NCBI GenBank assembly: GCA_052279835.1
Contig: CP181291.1
Coordinates: forward strand, 672,001 to 736,000
Origin: Microcoleus sp.
Lineage (GTDB): Bacteria > Cyanobacteriota > Cyanobacteriia > Cyanobacteriales > Microcoleaceae
Length of the DNA stretch: 64,000 bases
Direction: 5' to 3'
The notes beneath the pieces are model-generated. The model was not told where the DNA came from and searched no databases. It saw only the letters and a list, made by a program, of their open reading frames with translations. The translations under genes were made by a program, and so were the position numbers. Below, piece by piece: positions 44,129-53,499 of the stretch (position 1 is the stretch's first letter; every line of letters begins with the position of its first letter).

Positions 44129-46102
44129 TAGTTCAAATTCATTTTTCCAAGCATCGTCTTGTTTCCAAGGAATTTGTTCCGATTTAGAAAGCAAGAAATT
44201 CTCCAAAACCAGATAGTCCATTTCAGTACGCATGAAACAGCGATAAGCATCCTCTGGAGTACAAACAATCGGTTCGCCACGGACGTTAAAAGAAGTATTA
44301 ACTAAAATGCCACATCCCGATCGCTTTTCAAAGTGACTAATTAAGTCATAGTACCGAGGATTAGTTTCCTTGTGAACCGTTTGGACCCGCGCCGAGTAAT
44401 CAACGTGAGTAACAGACGGAATCTCCGAGCGCGGAACGTTGAGCTTGTCAATGCCAAACAGTTGTTCTTGTTCGGGTGTCATCGGAATGCGGAGACTGGT
44501 TTTGACAGGAGCCACCAATAGCATATAAGGGCTAGAATGATCCATCTCAAAATAATCAGCAACACGTTCCGCTAAGACTGACGGCGCAAAAGGTCGAAAA
44601 GATTCCCGATATTTAATTTTCAGGTTCATGACCGACTGCATTTTAGCATTGCGGGGATCGCCAACGATCGATCGACCTCCGAGAGCCCGCGGACCAAATT
44701 CCATCCGTCCTTGAAACCATCCCACCACATTGCCCTGTTCCAGAATTTCTGCCAACTGGGGCATTAATTCGGCATCATCCAATCGATGATAGCTAGCTTT
44801 GACAGCATCCAAATATTCGAGAATTTCTGTGTCAGTAAACTTTGGCCCCAAATAAGAACCACGCATTTGGTCGCGACAAGTTAAATGAGCAATAGACTTA
44901 GTAACAGTTGCCACTGGTTGGTTGGTAGTTAGGATTTCTGTCCCATCTTCTGCCACTTCACTGGTAGAAATTACTTGACTTTTTTGCGGTTCTATGATGT
45001 TGACTGGCGAGTTCAGATTCACATTGCGCTCTGATTCACAATACTGATACCAAATCGCCAAAGCTGCGCCCAAAGCACCGCCAGCATCTCCTGCCGCTGG
45101 TTGAATCCAAATATCTTTGAAAATGCCTTCGCGCAAAATGCGGCCGTTAGCTACGCAGTTAAGAGCAACGCCACCAGCGAGGCAAAGATAATCGACATTC
45201 AATTCTTTTTTAACTGTTCTGCAAAGCCGCAGCACAACTTCTTCAGTGACAACTTGAATCGAAGCGGCAATATCCATTTCTCGCTGAGTTAATTTCCCTT
45301 CAGCTTTCCGTGGTGGCCCTTCAAATAGTTCGTCAAACTTCTGATTGGTCATGGTTAAGCCAACTGTATAGTTGAAATAATCCATGTTTAAACGGAAAGT
45401 GCCGTCATCTTTGAGGTCGATTAAATAGTTGAGAATTTTGTCTACATATTTGGGTTCGCCGTAGGGCGCTAAACCCATGAGTTTGTATTCACCTGAGTTG
45501 ACTTTGAAGCCTGTGTAGTAGGTGAAAGCGGAATAAAGCAAACCCAAGGAGTGAGGAAAATCGATTTCCCATTCAGGAGTTAGTTGGTTGCCATCTCCCA
45601 GCCAGACTGAGGTTGTCGCCCATTCTCCCACGCCGTCGAGACACAAAACGGCGGCTTTTTGAAACGGGCTGGGGAAAAATGCTGAGGCGGCGTGGGATTG
45701 GTGGTGTTCGGTAAATAGTAGAGATGGTTTGAGTTTTGAGGTTTTGCAGTTTGCCATTTCTGCAAGTTCTCTTTTGAGCATGGTTTTGAGGTATAGCTTT
45801 TCTTTTAGCCAGATGGGCATGGCGGTTAAGAAAGAGCGAAAACCTTTGGGTGCGTAGGCTAAATAGGTTTCGAGTAGGCGCTCGAATTTGACTAAGGGTT
45901 TGTCGTAAAAGACTATTCGATCGACTTCCTGTAGCTCAATTTTTGCTTCTTTTAGGCAATAGGCGATCGCATTCTTGGGAAATCTGGCATCGTGCTTTTT
46001 GCGGGAAAATCTTTCTTCCTGCGCTGCGGCGATAATTTCTCCCTCGCTAATTAAGGCTGCGGCGCTGTCGTGGTAGTACGCCGAGATTCCAAGTATGTTC
46101 AT
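44123..46102 (-). CDS. NodU/CmcH-family O-carbamoyltransferase (SxtI-like)
   Basis: HDSAAA, QEERFSRKKH, EHHQSHAASAF, DGVGE, GEYKLMGLAPYG, AGGVALN, EFGPRALG, KYRESFRPFAP, NTSFN. Confidence 0.95.
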   Translation of the reverse strand: MNILGISAYYHDSAAALISEGEIIAAAQEERFSRKKHDARFPKNAIAYCLKEAKIELQEVDRIVFYDKPLVKFERLLETYLAYAPKGFRSFLTAMPIWLKEKLYLKTMLKRELAEMANCKTSKLKPSLLFTEHHQSHAASAFFPSPFQKAAVLCLDGVGEWATTSVWLGDGNQLTPEWEIDFPHSLGLLYSAFTYYTGFKVNSGEYKLMGLAPYGEPKYVDKILNYLIDLKDDGTFRLNMDYFNYTVGLTMTNQKFDELFEGPPRKAEGKLTQREMDIAASIQVVTEEVVLRLCRTVKKELNVDYLCLAGGVALNCVANGRILREGIFKDIWIQPAAGDAGGALGAALAIWYQYCESERNVNLNSPVNIIEPQKSQVISTSEVAEDGTEILTTNQPVATVTKSIAHLTCRDQMRGSYLGPKFTDTEILEYLDAVKASYHRLDDAELMPQLAEILEQGNVVGWFQGRMEFGPRALGGRSIVGDPRNAKMQSVMNLKIKYRESFRPFAPSVLAERVADYFEMDHSSPYMLLVAPVKTSLRIPMTPEQEQLFGIDKLNVPRSEIPSVTHVDYSARVQTVHKETNPRYYDLISHFEKRSGCGILVNTSFNVRGEPIVCTPEDAYRCFMRTEMDYLVLENFLLSKSEQIPWKQDDAWKNEFELD

Positions 46103-46120
46103 AAAAAAAAAACACGGTAA

Positions 46121-46347
46121 GTGGGAAACTCAGTGGCTTGTGCCCTGATAGGAAAACGACCCTTCGACTACGAGGAAGGGCATCGCAAATTCTTTGTTAT
46201 CATATTTTGAGTGGGGCTGGACGTGTTCCTCACTTTAAAACGCCGTAGAGGGAAACGATGGTCGTACCTTAAAGGAAGTTCTTGATATCCACAGGCGGGA
46301 CTCAGAATCCCAAACCATATCGCTTGTGATTGGTGTGGGAGCGTCAC
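46121..46347 (+). mobile_element. Non-autonomous IS200/IS605-type mini-element (left end plus TnpB tail/omegaRNA right end)
   Basis: Left hairpin tcagtggcttgtgccctga plus aggaaaacg; short TnpB-tail-like frame HILSGAGRVP; right hairpin tcccaaaccatatcgcttgtgattggtgtggga plus gcgtcac; no transposase ORF. Confidence 0.65.
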
Positions 46348-46546
46348 AATAGCTAACGATTATAGCTGCTTAAGTGCGGATTTGAACTTTTTATTCAACA
46401 GTCTCGGACGCGCGCCCACTAAAGAAACCGGATTTTTTACCGAATCTGCGGGCTGGAACGAAGGATTTTCGTAAAAAAACCCGGTTTATAGACCTCGATG
46501 CGTCCACGAATCTTCAATCCCAAATCTCAAATCTCAAATCCCCAAT

Positions 46547-47035
46547 CTACAATCGCTGAATCCGTCGCCACCAAGCCCTGAAGTATGTCACCAGGGGGAA
46601 TTGATAAAATTCACCTACCAACCACAGGACAATTCCTAAATGGGACAAAAATGCTAGCCCTGTCCAAGCTGCGGGCAACCACGACAGTCGGCTACCGGGA
46701 ACCGGGGGAAAATAGTAAGCTGACAGCCCTAGCAAAGTAGTGGGCAGGAAAATTAGACCCAGTGCTGCTGCTAAGTAGGGCCATCCGAATTCTACGCCTT
46801 CGAGGTGGGCTCCGATCCACTGTTTGCCGTTCCAGTGCCAAGTTACTGGTGGTGCTCGATCGGCCATTTTGAGCATTTGTCTTTCTTCGTTGCCGGTGAA
46901 AATGTGTTGACAGAAGTTGCAAGCTAGGGCTTCCATCATGGGCATGGGAGAAATTTCGCCCGTGCGACAAACTGGGCAAGGATATGTATGTTCAGGGTGG
47001 AAAGGACGGGTGGATTTTTGGGTGAAGGTTGGCAT
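46547..47035 (-). CDS. Hypothetical zinc-ribbon membrane protein
   Basis: CPVC…CNFC followed by two TM helices. Confidence 0.75.
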   Translation of the reverse strand: MPTFTQKSTRPFHPEHTYPCPVCRTGEISPMPMMEALACNFCQHIFTGNEERQMLKMADRAPPVTWHWNGKQWIGAHLEGVEFGWPYLAAALGLIFLPTTLLGLSAYYFPPVPGSRLSWLPAAWTGLAFLSHLGIVLWLVGEFYQFPLVTYFRAWWRRIQRL

Positions 47036-47076
47036 GGATTAGAGATTTTGTCAAGAGATTGAACAATCTTAACGCA

Positions 47077-47177
47077 GTCATTAGTCATTAGTCAGTAGTC
47101 ATTAGTCATTAGTCAGTAGTTAGTAGTCAGTAGTTAGTAGTCATTAGTCATTAGTCATTAGTCATTAGTCAGTAGTC
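47077..47177. repeat. Heptameric tandem repeat (AGTCATT/AGTCAGT)
   Basis: About 14 units visible. Confidence 0.92.
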
Positions 47178-47182
47178 AACCG

Positions 47183-48004
47183 TCAACTTTTTAATCGAAC
47201 TCGCCCGGAACTAAAGGCCTGTATTCGATCGCCCTCTAAACGCAATCGCAAACGACCACCTTCGTCAATGCCAGCGGCTTGTCCGTAGATGGTTTTGTCG
47301 GAAAGTTCGATCGCCACTGGGCAACCAAAAAGTGCATCACGGTGCTGTAATTCTGGCAACAGTCTGGCTAAACCGGATTTTCCGGCTGGTTTGTCATTTT
47401 TGTGAAACATATGGGCTAGTTCCAGGAGATAGTGTCGCAGTCGATCGAGCAAACACAGTTCATCTGGCACTTGGCTAGCTATAGAATGCAAGCTTACGGC
47501 ATTGCCGATCGCGCTGGCATCAAGTCCGCAGAGATCGAAGTCTACACACAGGTTGATGCCGATGCCGACTACGGCGCGAGTTGTGCCGCAAACATTGCTA
47601 GAAGTGGCTTCGCACAGAATTCCGGCTAATTTGCGGCGATCGATCCAAATGTCGTTTGGCCATTTCAGGCGCAGCAGAGTGCGACAGTCGGAAACTAAAT
47701 CTTCGATCGCATAAATCACGGCTAAACCGACGGCTAAACTGAGCCCAGGTAACAGATTAGTGTTGAGGTTGTCGAGTACAAAACTGGCAGTCAAAACACC
47801 GGTTGGGGCGTGCCATGTGCGCCCGTGTTGGCCTCTACCACTGGTTTGTCGTTTGGTGAATACGACATCTCCGTGGTTGAGTTGGGCTGCGCGGGCGATG
47901 GCGATCGTGTTGGTACTGGGACAGGTATCTAACCAGTGTAGCCAGTGAGGGATATTTGGGCGATCGGGTTCTGGGAATGGTGAAATTAAGGGCGATTCAG
48001 ACAA
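47183..48004 (-). CDS. birA: Biotin--[acetyl-CoA-carboxylase] ligase
   Basis: STN, QTSGRGQHGRTW, KWPND, KLAGILCE, GIGIN; no N-terminal HTH. Confidence 0.93.
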   Translation of the reverse strand: MSESPLISPFPEPDRPNIPHWLHWLDTCPSTNTIAIARAAQLNHGDVVFTKRQTSGRGQHGRTWHAPTGVLTASFVLDNLNTNLLPGLSLAVGLAVIYAIEDLVSDCRTLLRLKWPNDIWIDRRKLAGILCEATSSNVCGTTRAVVGIGINLCVDFDLCGLDASAIGNAVSLHSIASQVPDELCLLDRLRHYLLELAHMFHKNDKPAGKSGLARLLPELQHRDALFGCPVAIELSDKTIYGQAAGIDEGGRLRLRLEGDRIQAFSSGRVRLKS

Positions 48005-48136
48005 GGTTTGATTGGTGGTATGGCAACCGCTGGTGTTAGCAAGTTAGACGTAACTAGCTTGCTTGTTCTGTAGCAGAGTAACCCATAATTGGAGTAAATT
48101 GGAATAAATCACAACATTCCACCTATAGTTCACTTT

Positions 48137-48294
48137 TTCAACTCCTCCATAATCGCTTCCTTCAGCTTGTGGGAGCTAGTCCCAACCAAATAGAGCGTAG
48201 TGGAGAGGAATTTTTAGGCAGTTTACCCAAGCCTCGTACAATTAAAGTGGTAGTCGCCAAACACCGTTCTAGTTTAATTGCACACCGTCACGCA
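48137..48294 (-). ncRNA. Putative TnpB omegaRNA / IS605 right end
   Basis: Directly after the TnpB stop; hairpin tgcaattaaa…tttaattgta and terminal …attatggaggagttgaa. Confidence 0.5.
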
Positions 48295-49115
48295 TTACTG
48301 CTGTAGGCTTTTTTGATTAAGTGTCACCTCTGAAAGATGGCGCTTGATTGCTTTTAACGCCACATTACGAGCGGCATTTAAACCACTTGGTTAATGAAAT
48401 GTCTAGCGACTTCAGTCGTTTCGCCTCTGTCGTTGGTTTCTAGGATTGTGGCAATGACGATGAACTTGTCTAGATCCATGTCAATTCCGCAGGTGCGAAA
48501 CGTACCTTTTGCCATGATTCCTTTGATGCCGCCCGTGGCAGGGACGTATTTTTCAAGTGGGAAAACTATCCACAAAGAACCGTTTTGAACCTGTACTCTA
48601 GGGGAGCCTTTTACCCATTCTGTCGGAACATCAGGAGATTGGTACTGATGTTTTATCCACTTCCATGAATCGCATACTAGCATTTTCAGAACAATGGAGA
48701 AACCATCATCCTCTTTCTACATTCCAGAATCGTACTGAGGGTTAAAGTTAAACGCTCTGGGATGAACAGGTGGCTTATGGTGCTTTATTCTTTTGGGGCG
48801 ATTCAACCATTTTTGATAAGTTGAATTCCAGCTTTGATAAGCACCAATTGCTTGTCTGATGGCGGCTCTCGACCTGGGAGAAGGAAAGCCTTTTACGAAA
48901 GGATGATTAGCCGTGAGTATTTCGTAGTAACGCCAGTTTCCATTTTCTTGGGTCGAGATGCTAATGCCTTGAGGAGCTTCCGCAATTAGTAGGAAATAGA
49001 AATGAACGATCTCGTTATAGGCTGCCTTAGTTGGCTGCATATCAAAACCAGAACGAAGCAATTTCGCCTTGACTGACTTAGTGGCAATGGAAAATCCTTT
49101 TTGACGTTTTAGCAT
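48295..49115 (-). pseudogene. tnpB: TnpB (IS200/IS605) pseudogene with nonsense codon and internal deletion
   Basis: FPSPRSRAAIRQAIGAYQSW; in-frame TAG at 48717; RuvC-I CGIDMD; then a jump to LNAARNVAL (RuvC-III) in another frame near 48380. Confidence 0.8.
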
Positions 49116-49210
49116 CTTTCGACCTGAGATGTTTGTTGAACTCTGATTTTGAAATCAAGCTGATATGTCGCTCTATTGACTTACTCCAATATACTCTAAT
49201 ATTCGTGTTT

Positions 49211-50155
49211 CTAGTAATTAGACTTAGTATTTTTGCTGGTCAAATTTGGCTTGTTGCCTAATTTTTGGAAGTAAAGACTGCCGACGATGACTAAGAACAT
49301 AGCATAACCGAGCCCTTGGACCAGATAAAGTCGATCTCTGTATCCGAATAGTGCTTTGAGCACAATTCCAGGAAATTTGCGATCGGGCAAAATTGCCTCT
49401 GCATTCCACAGCATCGGACCTAAAATACAGGAGTGGAGTTGTGCAGTGCGATCGAAAAAAACACAAATCGCTGCATACTGGCTATCTGTCTGAGACAAAA
49501 TGGCAGCAGAGGAGTCAAAATGTTTGAGTGCGGATACTGCTAAGCCGGCGACGATTAGCAATAATAAGATTCCCATAAATTTGAAAAACTTGCCCAGTTC
49601 AATTTTGACACCCCACTGGAAAATTAGCGCGCCTATGATTGCCGCCCCAAGCAAACCGCCCAAAGCACCTAAAGCCGGAGTTAAACCTTGTTGAAATTGA
49701 GCGCTGACAAATATAACTGTTTCAAAACCTTCGCGAAGTACGGCGATAAAAATCAAGCCGAATACGCCCCAGCCAGCATTAGCATTTTCTGTCAAAGCTG
49801 CTGTTACTGCTCCTTCCACTTCTGCTTTAAGAAAGCGGGCTTGCTGAGTCATCCAAATTAGCATCCAGCTTAGCATTACTATGGCGACAATTCCCAGACC
49901 ACCTTCGAGTAGTTGCTTAATTACTGGTGCGTAAGGCTGATTTGATGTTGAGAGTATATAGAGTAACTGATTGAATAATGCACCCACACCAGCGCTAGCA
50001 CCTATGCCGGCTGCGATACCTGCATAAACCCAAGAATTGAGATTAGTTTGGTCGGCTTTTTTTAAGCAAGCTAGGACTATGCCGACGACTAAGGCGGCTT
50101 CTACGCCTTCGCGGAGGGTGATTACAAAGGTTGGGATGGCTTCAGTAAGGTTCAT
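49211..50155 (-). CDS. FTR1/EfeU-family iron permease
   Basis: Two REGxE motifs (LREGVEA, LREGFET) and multiple TM helices. Confidence 0.93.
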   Translation of the reverse strand: MNLTEAIPTFVITLREGVEAALVVGIVLACLKKADQTNLNSWVYAGIAAGIGASAGVGALFNQLLYILSTSNQPYAPVIKQLLEGGLGIVAIVMLSWMLIWMTQQARFLKAEVEGAVTAALTENANAGWGVFGLIFIAVLREGFETVIFVSAQFQQGLTPALGALGGLLGAAIIGALIFQWGVKIELGKFFKFMGILLLLIVAGLAVSALKHFDSSAAILSQTDSQYAAICVFFDRTAQLHSCILGPMLWNAEAILPDRKFPGIVLKALFGYRDRLYLVQGLGYAMFLVIVGSLYFQKLGNKPNLTSKNTKSNY

Positions 50156-50308
50156 TTTTTCATAACGGCTAATTTGTAGTTAGTCCTTAGTAACTTCTGT
50201 GATTGAACCGCGAAGGCGCGAAGGACGCGAAGGAAGAGAAAGAAGAGAAGGATTAGGTACTCTTAATGCGGTTCGGGCGTAACTAAGGATTAAGGACTAA
50301 TGACTAAC

Positions 50309-50743
50309 TCAACTATAGTCCCGCAGCATTTTTTTGAGTTCTACTTGGTGCAATTCTTCTTGTCCAATCAGAGTGCGGGCGTATTCTTCGAGATAAACGC
50401 TGGAGTCTGTAACGACTTCTAGTAATGATTTATACTTTTTGAGAGCTTTTTTTTCGTGATTTAAGCTTTCTTCCAACAAGTCTCTTATCGAATGTTTGTA
50501 GGTTTCTTCGATGGGAGCAATTTTCTGGCTGGGATGTCCATCTAAACCTGTTAAAATTTCTCCTGCTTGTTGGGCGTGGAGTAGGGATTCGGTTGCTTGT
50601 GCTTGAAAAAACTGCACGATGGGAATCCGGTTTGGCCCTGTCACCATTAGTGCGTAGTGGGTGTAGCGTACTACTCCTGCTAGTTCCCATTCCATGATGG
50701 TGCATAGTAGTTCTTGGGTTTTTTTCTCGTCGAGTTCTTTCAT
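50309..50743 (-). CDS. Ferritin-like / bacterioferritin-type protein
   Basis: E…Y…ESLLH and E…EELH ferroxidase-type ExxH pairs; adjacent to FTR1. Confidence 0.85.
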   Translation of the reverse strand: MKELDEKKTQELLCTIMEWELAGVVRYTHYALMVTGPNRIPIVQFFQAQATESLLHAQQAGEILTGLDGHPSQKIAPIEETYKHSIRDLLEESLNHEKKALKKYKSLLEVVTDSSVYLEEYARTLIGQEELHQVELKKMLRDYS

Positions 50744-51114
50744 TTGTTGTTTGAGATGTAGAATGCTTTACAGGGCGCAATTTATAATATCACATTTAAG
50801 TAATAATTTTAAATTAACCTGCGCCATAACTACCTTAATGGATAGATGTTTTAGGTTAGTGACGGGTTAACTTCTAAGGTTCCAGTAGGAGCGAATACCA
50901 CTGTCAAATTGGGGATTTGTGCTGGGCTGTTGCTACTGGTAGCTTTGGAAGATGTGGGCAGATTTGGTAGGGGAGTTTCTTGGGTCAAAACTCCAACGCC
51001 AACCCAAACTATAAAATCTAGGTGCAAGCTACTGTTAAAGGCGGGTAAACAATACGCTAAAGTTGAGTGTTGTACCACTGCTGGGTCTCCTTGAGTTGGG
51101 ATGATGCAGGAAGT

Positions 51115-51353
51115 TATTTGAGAATAGTTGCATTAGTAGTTAGAGTTTTTTGAGAATAAAACCTATATTGCCAGAGCCGATCGCACATTAGCCCGATCGA
51201 CAACCGCTAAATTCTTGCTCGCTCTAGACCTAGTACCCAGAATATTTAGCTTTTGAGGTCAGGAATACCCAATCATCTTGCTTTAACCAGGTGTTTAGCT
51301 ATTTGGCTGCTTTGGTTAGCGCTCATAACTTAATGCTATCTATTCTCAATAAT
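51115..51353. promoter_or_regulatory. Fur-box-like sites
   Basis: ttgagaatagttgcatta (51118-51135) and taatgctatctattctcaa (51331-51349) are near-inverted copies upstream of the ferritin-FTR1 unit. Confidence 0.45.
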
Positions 51354-51787
51354 CCTTGAGGATAAAACTAATTAGGAGGTTTCAGTTTTTTCTTTATATT
51401 TTTTTAAGGTTTATGTCAGAGCTTGACTATAGCTAGATTTTGCTGTTGAGTTCGTCGATCGAGGGGAGATTTGAGATTTGAATAATTCAGATCCGCGATC
51501 GCTCTTTTGGGAGCTCGATCGCCTTAGAATCGAGACTTATGGAAGAACTAAGGAGCTGGTGATGGTGTGTTTTGAGCCCTTGCTCAGTTAATTCTTCAGA
51601 ATTATTTAATTTGAAGGTAAAATCCTCGATCCTCTGGCTGTAAAGCCCGAATCTATGGGAAATAGTCGATCGCCCACCGCCCATACCCAGAGCGATCGCC
51701 CGCAGAAATACCCCCAGAGGGGGTTGTAAATTTTTGTAAAAAATAGTTGACTAAAGGGTTGAGAGTTCTCCCGTTTAGGATACATCG

Positions 51788-52714
51788 ATGCACATACCTG
51801 ATGGCTTTCTTTCACCGCCGGTAGCCATTGCCACCGGCATAGCAAGTGCAGCAGTAATCGCCGTTGCCCTGAATCGAACGCGCGAAAGTCTTGGGCTGCG
51901 GCAAGCCCCAATCATGGGTTTAACGACTGCTTTCGTGTTTGCAGCCCAGATGATTAACTTTCCCGTAGCCGGTGGCACTAGCGGACACTTGTTAGGAGGT
52001 GCCCTAGCATCTGTGGTGTTGGGGAACCCTTGGGCGGCAACTCTGGCAATGAGTACGGTGTTTATCATTCAGAGCGTTTTATTTGCCGATGGGGGTATAA
52101 CTGCCCTGGGAGCCAATATTTTTAATATGGGGCTAGTCGGAATTTGGGTAGGCTGGTGGCTGTTGCAGCCCTTGCAGCGACTGTTGGGAGGTTCCCGAAA
52201 TCGTTTGCCGCTAGCAGCGGGGATTGCAGCCAGCCTCAGCGTGGTTGCGGCTTCGATTTGCGTGGCAATCCAATTAGCAATTTCTGGAACAGTATCGCTT
52301 AATATGGCATTGCCAGCAATGGTAGGAGTTCATATTTTAATTGGGATTGGCGAAGGGGTAATTACAGCGGGTGTTTTAACTTATCTCGTCAAAGTACGGC
52401 CAGATTTGTTACCAGGAGAGCAACCACAATTGCAGAAATGGGTAGCACCAGTAATAGCGATTTTATTAATTAGTGGCGTGCTGTCACTATTTGCTTCCAG
52501 TTGGCCTGACGGGTTAGAATCGGTAGCGGAAAAATACGGTTTTAAAGAAAAAGAATCTGTGGCGATAGAAAATCCTACCCCCTTAGCAGATTACAGTGTT
52601 AAAGGATTAGAAGAACAGCCTATCGGTACCAGCATTGCTGGACTTTTAGGCTCTGCCGTCAGTTTCGGGGCGGCCTTTGGGATTGTTCAGTTAATTAAAC
52701 CAAAAGATGTCTAA
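51788..52714 (+). CDS. cbiM: ECF cobalt/nickel substrate component with PDGLE domain (CbiM/NikMN)
   Basis: MHIPDGFL N-terminus, GTSGHLLG, ADGGITALGAN, PDGLE. Confidence 0.9.
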   Translation: MHIPDGFLSPPVAIATGIASAAVIAVALNRTRESLGLRQAPIMGLTTAFVFAAQMINFPVAGGTSGHLLGGALASVVLGNPWAATLAMSTVFIIQSVLFADGGITALGANIFNMGLVGIWVGWWLLQPLQRLLGGSRNRLPLAAGIAASLSVVAASICVAIQLAISGTVSLNMALPAMVGVHILIGIGEGVITAGVLTYLVKVRPDLLPGEQPQLQKWVAPVIAILLISGVLSLFASSWPDGLESVAEKYGFKEKESVAIENPTPLADYSVKGLEEQPIGTSIAGLLGSAVSFGAAFGIVQLIKPKDV

Positions 52715-53366
52715 ACTATCGATACCTTTTCGACTGCGCCTGTCTCTAACAATAGTCATTGGCATTGGTTTCATGAAGACAGGGGCTTGGCTGTGGCTGG
52801 GAATTTATGGGGCGATCGCACTTTGTTGGTGCTTGTGGCTGAGAGCGCCACTGCAAACCTTAGTGCAACTGTTAGGAGCAGAATTAATTTTTCTCTCCTT
52901 ATTAGTGCTACCCCAAGGTTGGGAACGTGCGAGTTTTCTGTTAGTACGTTCCCTGATTTGTCTGCTAATGATGAACAGTTTTCTGCTAACTTTGCCACCG
53001 CACAGTTTGGGCATAGCCCTGAAAGGATTGCCACTACCAGCCGGCTTACAAGAAATTGTGCTATTAGCAGGGCAATACTTAGAAATCTTGCTAGCGGAAG
53101 TCAACAGCATGAAAAGAGCGGCCCAACTACGAGGCTTATCAGGTACAGGTGGATGGCTGCGCTACGCTAGTGCATCAATGATCGGATCGCTTTATTTGCG
53201 AAGTCTCGATCGCGCAGAAAGAGTCCACGCAGCCATGCTAATTCGTGGCTATCAAGGAACCTTACCAGGGGACTCAAAATCAACACCAAAAGAGCAACTA
53301 TGGCTAACAGTCACGATTTTAACCGCCGCCGGATTAACAATAGCATCTTATGGAAATTGGGCCTAG
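52707..53366 (+). CDS. cbiQ: ECF transmembrane component T
   Basis: AAQLRG and RSLDRAERVHAAMLIRGY motifs; overlaps the cbiM stop. Confidence 0.88.
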   Translation: MSKLSIPFRLRLSLTIVIGIGFMKTGAWLWLGIYGAIALCWCLWLRAPLQTLVQLLGAELIFLSLLVLPQGWERASFLLVRSLICLLMMNSFLLTLPPHSLGIALKGLPLPAGLQEIVLLAGQYLEILLAEVNSMKRAAQLRGLSGTGGWLRYASASMIGSLYLRSLDRAERVHAAMLIRGYQGTLPGDSKSTPKEQLWLTVTILTAAGLTIASYGNWA

Positions 53367-53499
53367 GGCCTAGGCAATTAGGAATTGATTAATTCCTGCA
53401 TCTATATTTTAACTTTTTACCTGCTCCATTCCTCTCTCTGCGCTCTCTGCGCCCTCTGCGGTTAAAAACTCTTAATCCAAAAATCGAGGCAAACAAAAA

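Noticed and set aside
42167..46102. Saxitoxin biosynthesis cluster
   Set aside because: Only sxtI/J/K/L-like genes are present; core genes such as sxtA, sxtB and sxtG are not in this window.
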